34,752 nucleotides of DNA from Candidatus Methylomirabilia bacterium (GCA_041497895.1 JBGQHJ010000035.1:1-34752); one strand, 5' to 3'; numbered from the stretch's first letter, positions 18,326 through 28,024 are shown. Numbers and translations are program-made. Notes: generated from the letters alone by a model not told the origin.

Positions 18326-19681
18326 GTGCCTCGCCGGACGGCGACGGCCGCCGAGGGCGTGGTGGTAGCCGCGGTGACCCCGCGCACCGCCGCCGCGCGG
18401 GCCGGCCTGCGGCCGGGCGACCGCATCCGCGCGATCAACGGCGCGCCGCTGCGGGACGTGATCGACTTCCACTTCCACGCCGGAGAGGAGACGCTCGACC
18501 TCTCGCTCGATCGCGACGGCCGGACACTGACCGTGCGAATGACCCGACGTAGCCAGGCGCTCGGACTCGAGCTCGAGGCCCCGCGGCCCGCCGAGATCGC
18601 CACCTGCGCCAACAAGTGCGTGTTCTGCTTCATCCACCAGTTGCCGAAGGGCATGCGCAAGAGCCTCTACGTGAAGGACGACGACTTCCGGCTGTCGTTC
18701 CTGCACGGCAACTACATCACGCTCACCGACCTCGACGAGGGGGAGCTCCTGCGCATCGAGACCCAGCGGCTCTCTCCGCTCTACGTCTCGGTGCACGCGA
18801 CCGACCCGGAGCTGCGCCACGCTCTCCTCGGGCAGCCGCGGGTCCGGCGCGAGCTGCTACCGGTGATGGAGCGCCTCGCCAAGGCGGGCATCGCCATGCA
18901 CGCCCAGATCGTGCTGTGCCCGGGCTGGAACGACGGCGCGCACCTCGATCGCACCGTGCACGAGCTGGCCCGCCTGCACCCCGCGGTGACCACCACCGCG
19001 GTGGTGCCGGTCGGGCTCACGCGCCACCGCGAGCGGCTGCCGGACCTTCGCCCGGTCACCGGCGAGGAGGCGTCCGTGCTCGTGCGCAGCATCGAGGGCT
19101 GGCAGGGTGAGTTCCAGGCCGCGCTCGGCACCCGCTTCGTGTGGGCCGCCGACGAGCTCTACCTGAGCGCGGGCATCGCGCTGCCGCCCGCTCCCGCCTA
19201 CGAGGGCTTCGCGGTGGCCGAGGACGGCATCGGCCTCGTCCGCCGCTTCGAGGACGCCTGGGCCCGCGGGCTGGGCCGGCGGCGCGCACGCCTGCAGCGC
19301 TCGCGCCGCGTGACCGTCGTGACCGGGGAGCTCTTCGCCCCCCGCATGCGGGCGCTCCTCGACCGCCTGGCGGTCCCGGGCCTGACGGTGGACCTCGTGC
19401 CGATCCGCAACGAGTTCTTCGGGCTCGGCATCGGGGTGGCCGGCCTGCTCACCGGGCGTGATATTCAGATCCAGCTCGGGCAGCTCCAGCGGGGCGGGGC
19501 GGCCTGCGGCGGCCGCGGCCTCGGCGACGAGGTGCTCGTGCCGGCGGTGACCCTCCGCGACGGGGCCGGCGTGTTCCTCGACGACCTCACCCCGCCCGAT
19601 CTGGCCGCCTCGCTCGGCACTCCGGTCACCCCGGTCGAGCCCACCGCCCCGGCCCTCCTGGCCGCCCTGCTCGGGCGGTAA
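18326..19681 (+). CDS. PDZ + DUF512 putative radical-SAM Fe-S protein
   Basis: N-terminal PDZ-like (AARAGLRPGDRI.AING), CANKCVFC (CxxxCxxC), LYVKDDDFRLSFLHGNYITLT, VPVGLTRHR, VAGLLTGRD. Confidence 0.88.
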   Translation: MPRRTATAAEGVVVAAVTPRTAAARAGLRPGDRIRAINGAPLRDVIDFHFHAGEETLDLSLDRDGRTLTVRMTRRSQALGLELEAPRPAEIATCANKCVFCFIHQLPKGMRKSLYVKDDDFRLSFLHGNYITLTDLDEGELLRIETQRLSPLYVSVHATDPELRHALLGQPRVRRELLPVMERLAKAGIAMHAQIVLCPGWNDGAHLDRTVHELARLHPAVTTTAVVPVGLTRHRERLPDLRPVTGEEASVLVRSIEGWQGEFQAALGTRFVWAADELYLSAGIALPPAPAYEGFAVAEDGIGLVRRFEDAWARGLGRRRARLQRSRRVTVVTGELFAPRMRALLDRLAVPGLTVDLVPIRNEFFGLGIGVAGLLTGRDIQIQLGQLQRGGAACGGRGLGDEVLVPAVTLRDGAGVFLDDLTPPDLAASLGTPVTPVEPTAPALLAALLGR

Positions 19682-19705
19682 CCGGCGCGGAGAAGGGGAG
19701 AGCCG

Positions 19706-21055
19706 GTGCTGCGCCCGATCATCGCCATCGTGGGCCGCCCGAACGTGGGCAAGTCCACGCTCTTCAACCGGCTCATCGGCCGCCGCCGCTCGCTCGTGCG
19801 CGACGTGCCCGGGGTCACGCGCGATCGTCTCTACGGCACCGCGGTGCACGAGCGCTGGCAGGCCACCGTGGTGGACACCGGCGGCTTCGACCCCAGCAGC
19901 GAGTCCGACCTGGTGCAGGGCGTGCGACGGCAGGTGCTGATGGCGGTCGACGAAGCGGACCTGCTGGTCTTCGTGGTCGACGGCCGCGCCGGGGTGACCG
20001 GGCTCGACGAGGAGATCGCGGGCATCCTCCGCAAGAGCGGCCGGCCGGTGCTGCTGGCGGTCAACAAGGTCGACGCGGCCGGGCAGGACGTGCCCACCGG
20101 CGACGCGTACCGCCTGGGCTTCGCGCCGGTCCTGACCCTCTCCGCCGAGCACGGGCGCGGGGTGGCCGAGCTGCTCGAGGCCTGCCGCGACCGCGCGCCC
20201 GCGGTGATCCCGGAGAGCGAGACACAGGGCACGCGGGTGGCCATCATCGGGCGCCCCAACGTGGGCAAGTCGTCGCTGGTCAACGCGGTGCTGGGCCACG
20301 AGCGCGTGCTCGTGCACGAGCTGCCCGGAACCACGCGGGACGCGGTGGACACCCCGGTGAGCTTCCGGGGCCGCGACTACCTCTTGATCGACACCGCGGG
20401 CATCCGGCGCAAGGGCAAGGTGACCGAGCCGCTCGAGAAGCTCGCGGTGGTGATGGCGCTCAAGAGCCTCGAGCGATGCCAGGTCGCGGTGCTCGTGGTG
20501 GACGCCGCCGAGGGCGTGGCCGCGCAGGACGCCCACATCGCGGGCTACGCCAACGACGCGGGCCGCGCCACCGTGGTCGCGGTCAACAAGTGGGACCTGG
20601 TCCCGCCCGGCCTCGTCAGCAAGGGCGACGTCACCACCCAGATCTACGAGCGGCTGCCGTTCCTCGAGCACGCGCCGGTCTGCTTCACCTCCGCGGTGAC
20701 CGGGCTCGGCCTGCGCGATCTGTTCGACCAGGTCGACCTGGTGGCGGCGGAAGCGCAGAAGCGCGTGCAGCCGGGCGAATTGCTGTCCGCGCTGCGACAG
20801 GCGGTGGAACGCCGGCCGATGTCCTCGCGCGGCGTCGCCCTGCGCGTGCAGTCGGCGCAGCAGGTCGCGATCGGCCCGCCCACCTTCGCGATTCGCGTGA
20901 ACCTGCCGGACCAGATCCACTTCTCCTACGAGCGCTACCTGATCAACTCGCTGCGCCACGCGTACAGCTTCGCGGGGTCGCCGCTGCGGCTGCTCTTCCG
21001 CAAGGCGGTGGGCCGGGGAGCCGGCCGCCCGGGTCGTGCGCGGCGCCGGGCCTGA
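19706..21055 (+). CDS. der: Ribosome biogenesis GTPase Der (EngA)
   Basis: Two tandem G-domains (GRPNVGKST, GRPNVGKSS), DTGG/DTAG, NKVD/NKWD, KH-like C-terminus. Confidence 0.96.
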   Translation: MLRPIIAIVGRPNVGKSTLFNRLIGRRRSLVRDVPGVTRDRLYGTAVHERWQATVVDTGGFDPSSESDLVQGVRRQVLMAVDEADLLVFVVDGRAGVTGLDEEIAGILRKSGRPVLLAVNKVDAAGQDVPTGDAYRLGFAPVLTLSAEHGRGVAELLEACRDRAPAVIPESETQGTRVAIIGRPNVGKSSLVNAVLGHERVLVHELPGTTRDAVDTPVSFRGRDYLLIDTAGIRRKGKVTEPLEKLAVVMALKSLERCQVAVLVVDAAEGVAAQDAHIAGYANDAGRATVVAVNKWDLVPPGLVSKGDVTTQIYERLPFLEHAPVCFTSAVTGLGLRDLFDQVDLVAAEAQKRVQPGELLSALRQAVERRPMSSRGVALRVQSAQQVAIGPPTFAIRVNLPDQIHFSYERYLINSLRHAYSFAGSPLRLLFRKAVGRGAGRPGRARRRA

Positions 21056-21096
21056 GCCGGCACGACCTAACTAGGCAGAACCCCTAGCGATTTCGT

Positions 21097-21125
21097 TTGA
21101 GCGGCTCCCGCACTGGTGGTAGCAT
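21097..21125 (+). promoter_or_regulatory. Putative promoter for SPOR-ihfA-MerR
   Basis: TTGAGC (21097-21102), 17-bp spacer, TAGCAT (21120-21125) with an extended TG. Confidence 0.55.
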
Positions 21126-21168
21126 TGCCTAGCTTTTCACGACCTGACAGCCAACGAGGACTGAGCGT

Positions 21169-21888
21169 GTGAGCCCCGAGCATCCCGAAGACGACGATTT
21201 CCTGGAGGACGAGGAGCAGGAGGAATATGGACAGCGCAGCATCTTCGCCACCGGCTGGTTCCGCGCGGTCCTGGTCTTGCTCGTCCTCGCGGTGATCGCG
21301 GTCATCGCGGTGCCGCTCATCGGCGGCTGGTTCGAGCCGACACCGCCGCCGAAGGTCACGACCACGAAGCCGAGCGAGCCCGCGCCGGTGCCGCTGCCCA
21401 CCACGCCCGTGCCGCCGCCGAAGGTGGAGACGCCGGTCGCGCCGCCGCCCGCGGCCCAGGTGCCGAGCCCGACCCCGGCTCCGCCGACCGCGACCTCGGC
21501 CCCCGTGACGCCGCCGCCGGTGGCGAGCACGCCGCCCGCGCGGCCCGAGATGCCGGCGGCCTCGACGCCCAGCAAGGCGGCCGAGAAGTCGAAGGCGCCG
21601 GAGCATACCGCGGCCGCGACCACCGGCAAGAGCGCGGCCAAGGCTCCCGCGGCCGGGAGCTACTGGGTGCAGGTGGGCGCATTCAAGGAGAGCAAGAACG
21701 CCGAGGGCCTGGCCCGCACGCTGCGCTCCGAGGGTTTCACGGTGCAGGTGGCCACGGTGACGCGGGACGAGGCGCTGCACGTGGTGCGCGTCGGGGGGTA
21801 TCCCGACCGATCCAAGGCGGCGGCGGCCCGCGAGGAACTGCAGGGCAAGGGCCATTCGGGCTTCGTCACGCACGGCCCGGCCAAGTAA
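21169..21888 (+). CDS. SPOR-domain membrane protein (DedD/FtsN-like architecture)
   Basis: Acidic N-terminus, single TM helix, Pro/Ala-rich linker, C-terminal YWVQVGAFKESKNA...VRVGGY.DRSKA. Confidence 0.85.
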   Translation: MSPEHPEDDDFLEDEEQEEYGQRSIFATGWFRAVLVLLVLAVIAVIAVPLIGGWFEPTPPPKVTTTKPSEPAPVPLPTTPVPPPKVETPVAPPPAAQVPSPTPAPPTATSAPVTPPPVASTPPARPEMPAASTPSKAAEKSKAPEHTAAATTGKSAAKAPAAGSYWVQVGAFKESKNAEGLARTLRSEGFTVQVATVTRDEALHVVRVGGYPDRSKAAAAREELQGKGHSGFVTHGPAK

Positions 21889-21902
21889 ATCGACGAGAGG
21901 AG

Positions 21903-22184
21903 GTGACGGCGCTGACCAAGAACGATCTGATCAACGCGGTGGCGGCCCACGGGCTGTCCAAGCGGCAGTCGGCTTCGGTGGTGGAGTCGCTCTTCGATAT
22001 CATCTTCCGCTGCTTCGAGAAGGGCGAGGACGTGAAGATCGTCGGCTTCGGGCATTTTCGGATCCGTCAGAAGGCGTCGCGCCGCGGCCGCAATCCCCAG
22101 ACCGGCGACAGCATCGAGATCACCGCGCGCAAGGTGCTGACGTTCAAGCCGAGCAAGGGCCTGAAGCTCCGGATCAACGTCTAG
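21903..22184 (+). CDS. ihfA: Integration host factor subunit alpha
   Basis: ALTKNDLI, VKIVGFGHF, RRGRNPQTG, ITARKVLTFKPSK.LK.RIN; followed by a MerR-like gene and tRNA-Pro; GAGGAG SD. Confidence 0.9.
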   Translation: MTALTKNDLINAVAAHGLSKRQSASVVESLFDIIFRCFEKGEDVKIVGFGHFRIRQKASRRGRNPQTGDSIEITARKVLTFKPSKGLKLRINV

Positions 22185-22203
22185 GCCCGGAGGTCTGCGG
22201 GAA

Positions 22204-22575
22204 ATGAGCACGGTTCCCGACAAGCTCTACTACCGGATCGGCGAGGTCGAGACGATCACGGAGATTCCCGCCTACGTGCTCCGCTACTGGGAGTCCGAGT
22301 TCAAGCTGCTCCGTCCGAAGAAGAACCCGGCGGGGCAGCGGCTGTACCGCAAGGCCGACCTCGAGCTGGTCCTGCGCATCAAGACGCTGCTCTACGACGA
22401 GCGCCTGACCCTCGAGGGTGCCAAGAAACGCCTGCGCAGCGAATCCCGCGGCCTCGACCAGATGGACCTCGGCCTCCGCGGGGCCACCCTGGAAGACGCG
22501 CTCAAGCGCACCCGGAGCCGTTTGCAGGCCATCCGCCAGCGCCTCGCCGCCCCCCGTTCCGGCCGCTCGTCTTGA
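22204..22575 (+). CDS. MerR-family HTH regulator (ihfA-linked type)
   Basis: [43 protein letters not shown]. Confidence 0.9.
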   Translation: MSTVPDKLYYRIGEVETITEIPAYVLRYWESEFKLLRPKKNPAGQRLYRKADLELVLRIKTLLYDERLTLEGAKKRLRSESRGLDQMDLGLRGATLEDALKRTRSRLQAIRQRLAAPRSGRSS

Positions 22576-22600
22576 GTTTGCCCTACCGTGCCCGTACAAT
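22572..22600 (+). promoter_or_regulatory. Sigma70 promoter for tRNA-Pro(GGG) and surE
   Basis: TTGAGT (22572-22577), 17-bp spacer, TACAAT (22595-22600), 11 nt before the tRNA. Confidence 0.75.
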
Positions 22601-22611
22601 GCCCGTTGGGT

Positions 22612-22688
<77 letters not shown>

Positions 22689-22697
22689 ATTTCAACC

Positions 22698-23480
22698 ATG
22701 GCGCCCGTGATTCTCGTCACCAACGATGACGGGATTCACGCGCGCGGTCTCGCGGTGCTCGCGGAGGCGCTGGCCGCGATCGGTGAAGTGTACGTGGTGG
22801 CGCCGGATCGCGAGCAGAGCGCGGTGGGGCACGCGCTCACGCTGCACCGACCGCTCCGGGTGGACAAGATCACGGAGCGGAAGTTCGCGGTGAACGGCAC
22901 CCCGTCGGACTGCGTGAACCTCGCGGTCCTGGGGCTGCTGCCGGAGCCGCCGGTACTGGTGGCGGCGGGCATCAACCACGGCACGAACCTGGGCGACGAC
23001 GTGACGTACTCGGGGACGGTGTCGGCGGCGATGGAGGGTACGCTCCTCGGGGTGCCGTCCATGGCGGTGTCGCAGGCCGACCCGGAGGCGGACGGCGGCT
23101 TCGAGGAAGCGGGCGCGGTGGCGCGGGCGGTGGCCATGCGGCTCCTCGTGGAGGGGCTGCCGGCCAAGACGCTGCTGAACGTGAACGTGCCGCGCGGAGA
23201 GGTCAAGGGCATCCGGCTCACGCGGCTCGGGCACCGGGTCTACCGCGAGAAGGTGATCCGGGAGGTCGACCCGCGGGGCCGGCCGTACTACTGGATCGGC
23301 GCGGGGCCGCCGGAGTGGGCGGAGGATAGCAGCGCCGATATCGCCGCGGTGCACGAGGGATATGCGTCGGTGACGCCGCTGCACCTGGACCTCACGCATC
23401 ACGGCGCGCTCGGCCGGATGACCGAGTGGGAGGGCGCGCTGAACGCGGTACTGAAGCCGAAGAAGAAGCGGGGCCGGTGA
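22698..23480 (+). CDS. surE: 5'/3'-nucleotidase SurE
   Basis: ILVTNDDG, GTPSDCV, GINHGTNLG.DV.YSGTVSAAMEG, SVTPL. Confidence 0.96.
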   Translation: MAPVILVTNDDGIHARGLAVLAEALAAIGEVYVVAPDREQSAVGHALTLHRPLRVDKITERKFAVNGTPSDCVNLAVLGLLPEPPVLVAAGINHGTNLGDDVTYSGTVSAAMEGTLLGVPSMAVSQADPEADGGFEEAGAVARAVAMRLLVEGLPAKTLLNVNVPRGEVKGIRLTRLGHRVYREKVIREVDPRGRPYYWIGAGPPEWAEDSSADIAAVHEGYASVTPLHLDLTHHGALGRMTEWEGALNAVLKPKKKRGR

Positions 23481-24151
23481 CGGGCGGCGCGGACACGAAG
23501 ACCGGCGCGTCGCGCTTCGCGCGCGAGCGCGAGCGGATGGTGGCGGAGCAGGTGGTCGCGCGCGGGGTCAGAGACCCGCGGGTGATCGAGGTGATGCGTC
23601 GGCTGCCGCGCCACGTGTTCGTGGACGAGGCGCTCCGCGATCGGGCCTACGGGGACCACCCGCTGCCGATCGGGGAGGGGCAGACGATCTCGCAGCCCTT
23701 CATCGTGGGCCGCATGACCGAGCTGCTGCGGCTCACCGGGCGCGAGAAGGTGCTGGAGGTGGGCACCGGCTGCGGGTATCAGGCCGCGGTGCTCGCGGAG
23801 CTGGCGGGGCGGGTGTGCACGATGGAGCGCCTCCCCCGGCTGGCGACGCGGGCGCGGGAGACGCTGGAAGGGCTCGGCTACCGCAACGTGTGGGTGCGGG
23901 CCGCGAACGGCACGCTGGGATGGCCGGACGAGGCGCCGTTCGACCGCATCCTGGTCGCGGCGGGCGGGCCGGCGGTGCCGCCGCCGCTGTTCGAGCAGCT
24001 GGCGGAGGGCGGGCGCATGGTGATACCGGTCGGCGAGGTCGCCAACCAGGTGCTGCAGGTGATCGAGAAGGTGCAGGGGATGATGCGCGTCACCCAGGAT
24101 TCCGGGTGCGTGTTCGTGAAGCTGGTCGGCAAGTACGCCTGGGAGTCGTGA
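23477..24151 (+). CDS. pcm: Protein-L-isoaspartate O-methyltransferase
   Basis: PRHVFV, AY.D.PLPIG.GQTISQP, VLEVGTGCGYQAAVL, APFDRI. GTGA overlap with surE. Confidence 0.95.
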   Translation: MTGGADTKTGASRFARERERMVAEQVVARGVRDPRVIEVMRRLPRHVFVDEALRDRAYGDHPLPIGEGQTISQPFIVGRMTELLRLTGREKVLEVGTGCGYQAAVLAELAGRVCTMERLPRLATRARETLEGLGYRNVWVRAANGTLGWPDEAPFDRILVAAGGPAVPPPLFEQLAEGGRMVIPVGEVANQVLQVIEKVQGMMRVTQDSGCVFVKLVGKYAWES

Positions 24152-24175
24152 GAGCCCGGGCCTGAGGATTACGGA

Positions 24176-24252
24176 CGGGGCGTAGCGCAGCTTGGTAGCG
24201 CGCCTGCTTCGGGAGCAGGAGGTCGCTGGTTCAAATCCAGTCGCCCCGACCA
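24176..24252 (+). tRNA. tRNA-Pro (CGG)
   Basis: 77-nt cloverleaf; anticodon arm CCTGC-TTCGGGA-GCAGG; encoded CCA. Confidence 0.97.
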
Positions 24253-24294
24253 TTTTTCGAGTCGTCGTTTTCTCGAGTCGTCGCCGGAGCCGGC

Positions 24295-24600
24295 ATGGGC
24301 GTCACGGGACTGCGCAGCGCCGCCGAGATCGTGGTGGAGGGGCGTGTGCAGGGGGTCGGATACCGCGACTACGTCCAGCGGAAGGCCGCCTCGCTGCGGC
24401 TCGCCGGATATGTCATGAACCTGAAGGACGGCAAGGTCCGGGTCCGGGTCGAGGGCGGGCGCGACCTCATCGAGGAGCTCATGCACGATCTGGAGAAGGG
24501 GCCGCCGCTGGCACGGATCGATCACGTCACCGTGACCTGGCGCCCCCTCACCGGTCGCTACACCGCCTTCTCCATCCGCTACGCCGAGTTCGATCCGTGA
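24295..24600 (+). CDS. acyP: Acylphosphatase
   Basis: GRVQGVGYR, GYVMNLKDGKV, GPPLARID, F.IRY. Confidence 0.9.
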   Translation: MGVTGLRSAAEIVVEGRVQGVGYRDYVQRKAASLRLAGYVMNLKDGKVRVRVEGGRDLIEELMHDLEKGPPLARIDHVTVTWRPLTGRYTAFSIRYAEFDP

Positions 24601-25553
24601 GAGATCGCCCGGCGCGGGTCCGACGGGTAATCGGCCGCGCGCTGCTCGTGCCCGTCCTGCTGGCCCCAACCGTCCTCGCGCCGACCGCCGTCTCTCACGC
24701 CCAGAGCAAGACCATGGACGCCACTCCGCCGCCCGAGAGGCCGGCGGCCAGGGGGTCCCGCATCGACCGGAGCTCGCCCCCCAGGATCACCTCGTCGGCC
24801 AAGCGCGGAGCAAAGGGCAAGGCCGCCGAGACGCCCGCCGCCTGTACCCACACCGTGCGACGAGGGGAGTCGGTCGGGGCCATCGCCGCGCGCTACCGCG
24901 TCACGCGCGCGTCGGTGGTGGGCGCCAACCACCTGGACAATCCGCACACGCTCCGGACCGGCCAGCGCCTCGCCATCCCCGGCTGCCGCCCGCCGGTGGT
25001 GACCGCGAAGGACGAGCCGACCGTCCTCTCCGCGAGCGGCAGCGTGCTGAAGCGCGTGGGCCCGCTACGCGTGCTGACCGAGCTGGTGCTGGCTCAGCCG
25101 GATTTCCGGGACGAGCGCATCTCACTCGCCTGGCCGATCGAGGGGCCCGTCATCTCCACCTTCGGCCGGCGGGCGCGAGGCTGGCACGCGGGCATCGACA
25201 TCTCGGCCGAGCTCGGCGCGCCGATCCTCGCCGCGGCCGCCGGCACGGTGGTCTTCAGCGGCTGGATCCGGGCGTACGGGCAGATCGTCAAGATCCAGCA
25301 TTCCGGTGGTTTCATCACGCTTTACGCTCACAACACGAAGAATATGGTGGAAGAGGGAGAGGACATCGAGGTCGGCCAGGTCATCGCCACCGTGGGCCGC
25401 AGCGGGGACGCCTCCGGACCGCACGTGCACTTCGAGGTGCGCCGCGACGGCAAGGCCTACAACCCCCTCCACCTGCTCGAGCCCTCCGACCACTCCCCGG
25501 TCTTCGAGGACGACGTGGCCGCGTCCAGCTCCGATCTCGACTCGCACGAGTGA
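24597..25553 (+). CDS. LysM + M23 peptidase-family protein (NlpD-like position)
   Basis: Signal-peptide-like N-terminus from GTG 24597 (GTGA overlap); LysM (HTVRRGES...L.IP); M23 motifs HAGID and HVHFEVR. Confidence 0.85.
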   Translation: MRDRPARVRRVIGRALLVPVLLAPTVLAPTAVSHAQSKTMDATPPPERPAARGSRIDRSSPPRITSSAKRGAKGKAAETPAACTHTVRRGESVGAIAARYRVTRASVVGANHLDNPHTLRTGQRLAIPGCRPPVVTAKDEPTVLSASGSVLKRVGPLRVLTELVLAQPDFRDERISLAWPIEGPVISTFGRRARGWHAGIDISAELGAPILAAAAGTVVFSGWIRAYGQIVKIQHSGGFITLYAHNTKNMVEEGEDIEVGQVIATVGRSGDASGPHVHFEVRRDGKAYNPLHLLEPSDHSPVFEDDVAASSSDLDSHE

Positions 25554-25557
25554 TCCC

Positions 25558-26505
25558 ATGGCCCCCGACGCGGACACCGACGAGCTCGAGGGCGGCGACG
25601 AGCCCCTCGAGACCCTCCTCGAGCGGGATCCCGCCGAGCTCGCCGAGAAGCCGGACTCCCCCGAGGCCACCGAGCGCGGCCGCGAGCTGATCGCGATGTA
25701 CCTGCAGGAGATCTCGCGAGTCAAGCTGCTGACCGCCGAGGAGGAGCAGGAGCTGGCCCGGCGGGTCCAGGCCGGCGACGCCGACGCCGAGCGGCGGCTC
25801 GTGGAGGCCAACCTGCGCCTCGTGGTGAAGATCGCGCGCCGCTACCTCCACCGCGGCCTCTCGCTGCTCGACCTCATCGAGGAGGGCAACGTGGGCCTGC
25901 TGCACGCGGTGCGCAAGTTCCAGGCGGGTCGCGGCACCCGCTTCTCGACCTACGCCACCTGGTGGATCCGGCAGGCGGTGGTGCGCGCGCTCGCGAACCA
26001 GGCCCGCACGATCCGGCTGCCCGTCCACGTCGAGCTGCTGCTCTCGCAGTACCTGAAGCAGCGGAACGTCCTCACCCAGAAGCTCGGCCGGCCGCCCACC
26101 ATCGAGGAGGTGGCCGCGATGATGGACCGACCCGCCGCCGAGCTCGAGCAGCTCGAGAGCCTCCGCCAGCAGCCGGTGTCGCTCGACAAGCCCAACGCCA
26201 GCGACGGGAAGGGCAGCCTGGGCGACACCGTCGAGGACCCGAGCCCGGCGCCCGGCGCCAGCATGGCCGCGGTGCTCCGGGCCCGCGCCGACCTGGCCAC
26301 CGTGCTGCAAGACCTGCCGGACCGGGAGCGCACCGTGGTCACCCTGCGCTTCGGCCTGGGCGGCGAGGAGCCCATGACGCTCGAGCGCATCGGCGGCCGG
26401 CTCGGCGTCACGCGGGAGCGGGTGCGCCAGATCGAGGGCGCGGCCATCAAGCAGCTGCGGCGCCTGCTCGCCGCCCGCGACGTCGAGCCGACCGACCTCC
26501 TGTGA
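25558..26505 (+). CDS. rpoS: RNA polymerase sigma factor, RpoD/RpoS family, lacking region 1.1 (RpoS-like)
   Basis: [66 protein letters not shown]; surE-pcm-nlpD context. Orthology inferred. Confidence 0.75.
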   Translation: MAPDADTDELEGGDEPLETLLERDPAELAEKPDSPEATERGRELIAMYLQEISRVKLLTAEEEQELARRVQAGDADAERRLVEANLRLVVKIARRYLHRGLSLLDLIEEGNVGLLHAVRKFQAGRGTRFSTYATWWIRQAVVRALANQARTIRLPVHVELLLSQYLKQRNVLTQKLGRPPTIEEVAAMMDRPAAELEQLESLRQQPVSLDKPNASDGKGSLGDTVEDPSPAPGASMAAVLRARADLATVLQDLPDRERTVVTLRFGLGGEEPMTLERIGGRLGVTRERVRQIEGAAIKQLRRLLAARDVEPTDLL

Positions 26506-26720
26506 GCCCCAAGGAGCGGAAGCTCGGCGAGGTCGTGCGCGAGCTGCGCGAGCGGCAGGGGCTCACCCAGCCGCAGCTCGCCGAGCGGGCCCAGCTCGCG
26601 CTCAGCTACATCACGCTGCTCGAGTCGGGCCAGCAGGCGAACCTCTCGCCCTCGGCGGTTGGCCGCCTCGCCCGCGCGCTCGGCGTCACCAGCAAGCAGC
26701 TCACCGAGATCGACGTCTGA
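26502..26720 (+). CDS. XRE/Cro-CI-family HTH regulator (72 aa)
   Basis: [32 protein letters not shown]...LARALGV; GTG overlaps the sigma-factor stop (GTGA). Confidence 0.88.
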   Translation: MSPKERKLGEVVRELRERQGLTQPQLAERAQLALSYITLLESGQQANLSPSAVGRLARALGVTSKQLTEIDV

Positions 26721-26722
26721 CC

Positions 26723-27103
26723 GTGGCCGGCGACCCGCTTCGCACGGCGCTCGCCGACGGCCAGCGCCTGCGGCAGGCGGTCGACACCGAGTACCGCGCG
26801 GCCCGACGCGACGGCAGCTGGGGCCACGCCGAGCCTCAGATCGTCGAGCGGTGGCGCGCGGCGGTCCGGGCCTGGACGCTCGCCGTCGAGGCCGCGCTGG
26901 GACCCGGGGCGGCCACGCTCGGTCGCTTCCGCGCCGCGCCCCCGGCCACGGAGACTCCGGCCGGCGAGAGCGCGGCGTGGGTCGAGCTGCGCAACGCCCT
27001 GGCGGGCAAGGTGGCCGCGGTGGCAGCGCTGCTGGCGGAGCCGGGAAGCAGCGGACCGAGGGCCGGCGGGAGCCCGGCGCCGAGCCAGTTCCGCAAGCGC
27101 TGA
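26723..27103 (+). CDS. Hypothetical helical protein
   Basis: Starts 2 nt after the XRE stop; host-like codon usage; no recognised motif. Confidence 0.65.
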   Translation: MAGDPLRTALADGQRLRQAVDTEYRAARRDGSWGHAEPQIVERWRAAVRAWTLAVEAALGPGAATLGRFRAAPPATETPAGESAAWVELRNALAGKVAAVAALLAEPGSSGPRAGGSPAPSQFRKR

Positions 27104-27119
27104 GGGTGCCCGCGGCGGC

Positions 27120-27959
27120 TCAGGCGGGTGCGCGCGTCGAGAACACCGTGATCGGGTAGAGGCAGTAGTAGTCCGGGCTCCGGAGCACGTTGGCCGCCGA
27201 GCCCTCGTCGCAGAGGCGAGTGCGCGCCTGCCAGTCCTCCGCGGTGAGCAGCTCGCGGAGTCGATCCCCCCAGTTCCGCGAGAACACGGTGTGCTGGATG
27301 TAGTCGCGGTCCGCCGGAGCCAGCGGAGCGCGGCGCTCGAGCATGTAGGTGCGCAGGCTCACGCCGGCCAGGCCGGCCGCCCGCAGCGAGCCCGGCGTGG
27401 TCTGTCGCCGCTCCTGGAACGAGCGGCCGGCTCCCTCGCCCAGCGTGCGCCGGATCTCGGCGAGCTGGACGCGGCGCTCGAGCTCGGGGTGCCCGGGCAG
27501 GAACATCGCGGACAGGACCTGCGACTCCTTCACGACGACCCGGCCCCCCGGCCGCACGACGCGGACGAACTCGCGGAGGGCGCGCTCGGTCTCCACGACG
27601 TGATGCAGCACGTCGCCGCACCACACCCAGTCCACGCTCCGGTCGGGCAGGGGAATCGCGGTGCCGTCGCCCGGCGTGAACTCGAGCCGCCCGGGCTCCG
27701 TCTTGCCGCCGACCAGGGCCCGCGCCGCCTCCACCTTCAGGGCCTCGGGCTCGATGCCGACCACGTGACCACCCGGCCCGACCGCCTCGGCCAGCCAGAG
27801 CGCCCAGAGCCCGACCCCGCAGCCCACGTCGAGCCCGCGCGAGCCGGCGGGCAATTCGAGATCGCGGATGATCCGGCGCGCCTCCGCCTCCTGGAAGCGA
27901 TTCATCCGCTCGAGCGAGGCGTGGGGGCCGCTGTCGACGGGAGTCATCGCGCGCGCCAT
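27120..27959 (-). CDS. Class I SAM-dependent methyltransferase (UbiE-like)
   Basis: LDVGCGVG motif I, VVGIE, GDGTAIPLPDRSVD, LREFVRVVRPGG. Confidence 0.88.
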   Translation of the reverse strand: MARAMTPVDSGPHASLERMNRFQEAEARRIIRDLELPAGSRGLDVGCGVGLWALWLAEAVGPGGHVVGIEPEALKVEAARALVGGKTEPGRLEFTPGDGTAIPLPDRSVDWVWCGDVLHHVVETERALREFVRVVRPGGRVVVKESQVLSAMFLPGHPELERRVQLAEIRRTLGEGAGRSFQERRQTTPGSLRAAGLAGVSLRTYMLERRAPLAPADRDYIQHTVFSRNWGDRLRELLTAEDWQARTRLCDEGSAANVLRSPDYYCLYPITVFSTRAPA

Positions 27960-28024
27960 CCTACCAGAGAGGGCCCGGCCCCGGGCGCTCCTCGTCGGCC
28001 CGGCGGACGTGCTAGGCTCCAGGC

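Noticed and set aside
21071..21132. 7-bp inverted repeat CTAGGCA/TGCCTAG flanking the SPOR promoter
   Set aside because: Too short and widely spaced (48 bp) to distinguish from chance.
21340..21660. CCG/GCG-rich repetitive tract
   Set aside because: Explained by the Pro/Ala-rich linker of the SPOR protein.
24192..24596. Long N-terminal extensions in the ORF track (nlpD-like from 24192; likewise hisC, tyrA, plsC, mutL, hflX, pgsA, sigma)
   Set aside because: They overlap tRNAs or upstream genes; downstream starts with SD sequences or GTGA coupling fit the family N-termini better.
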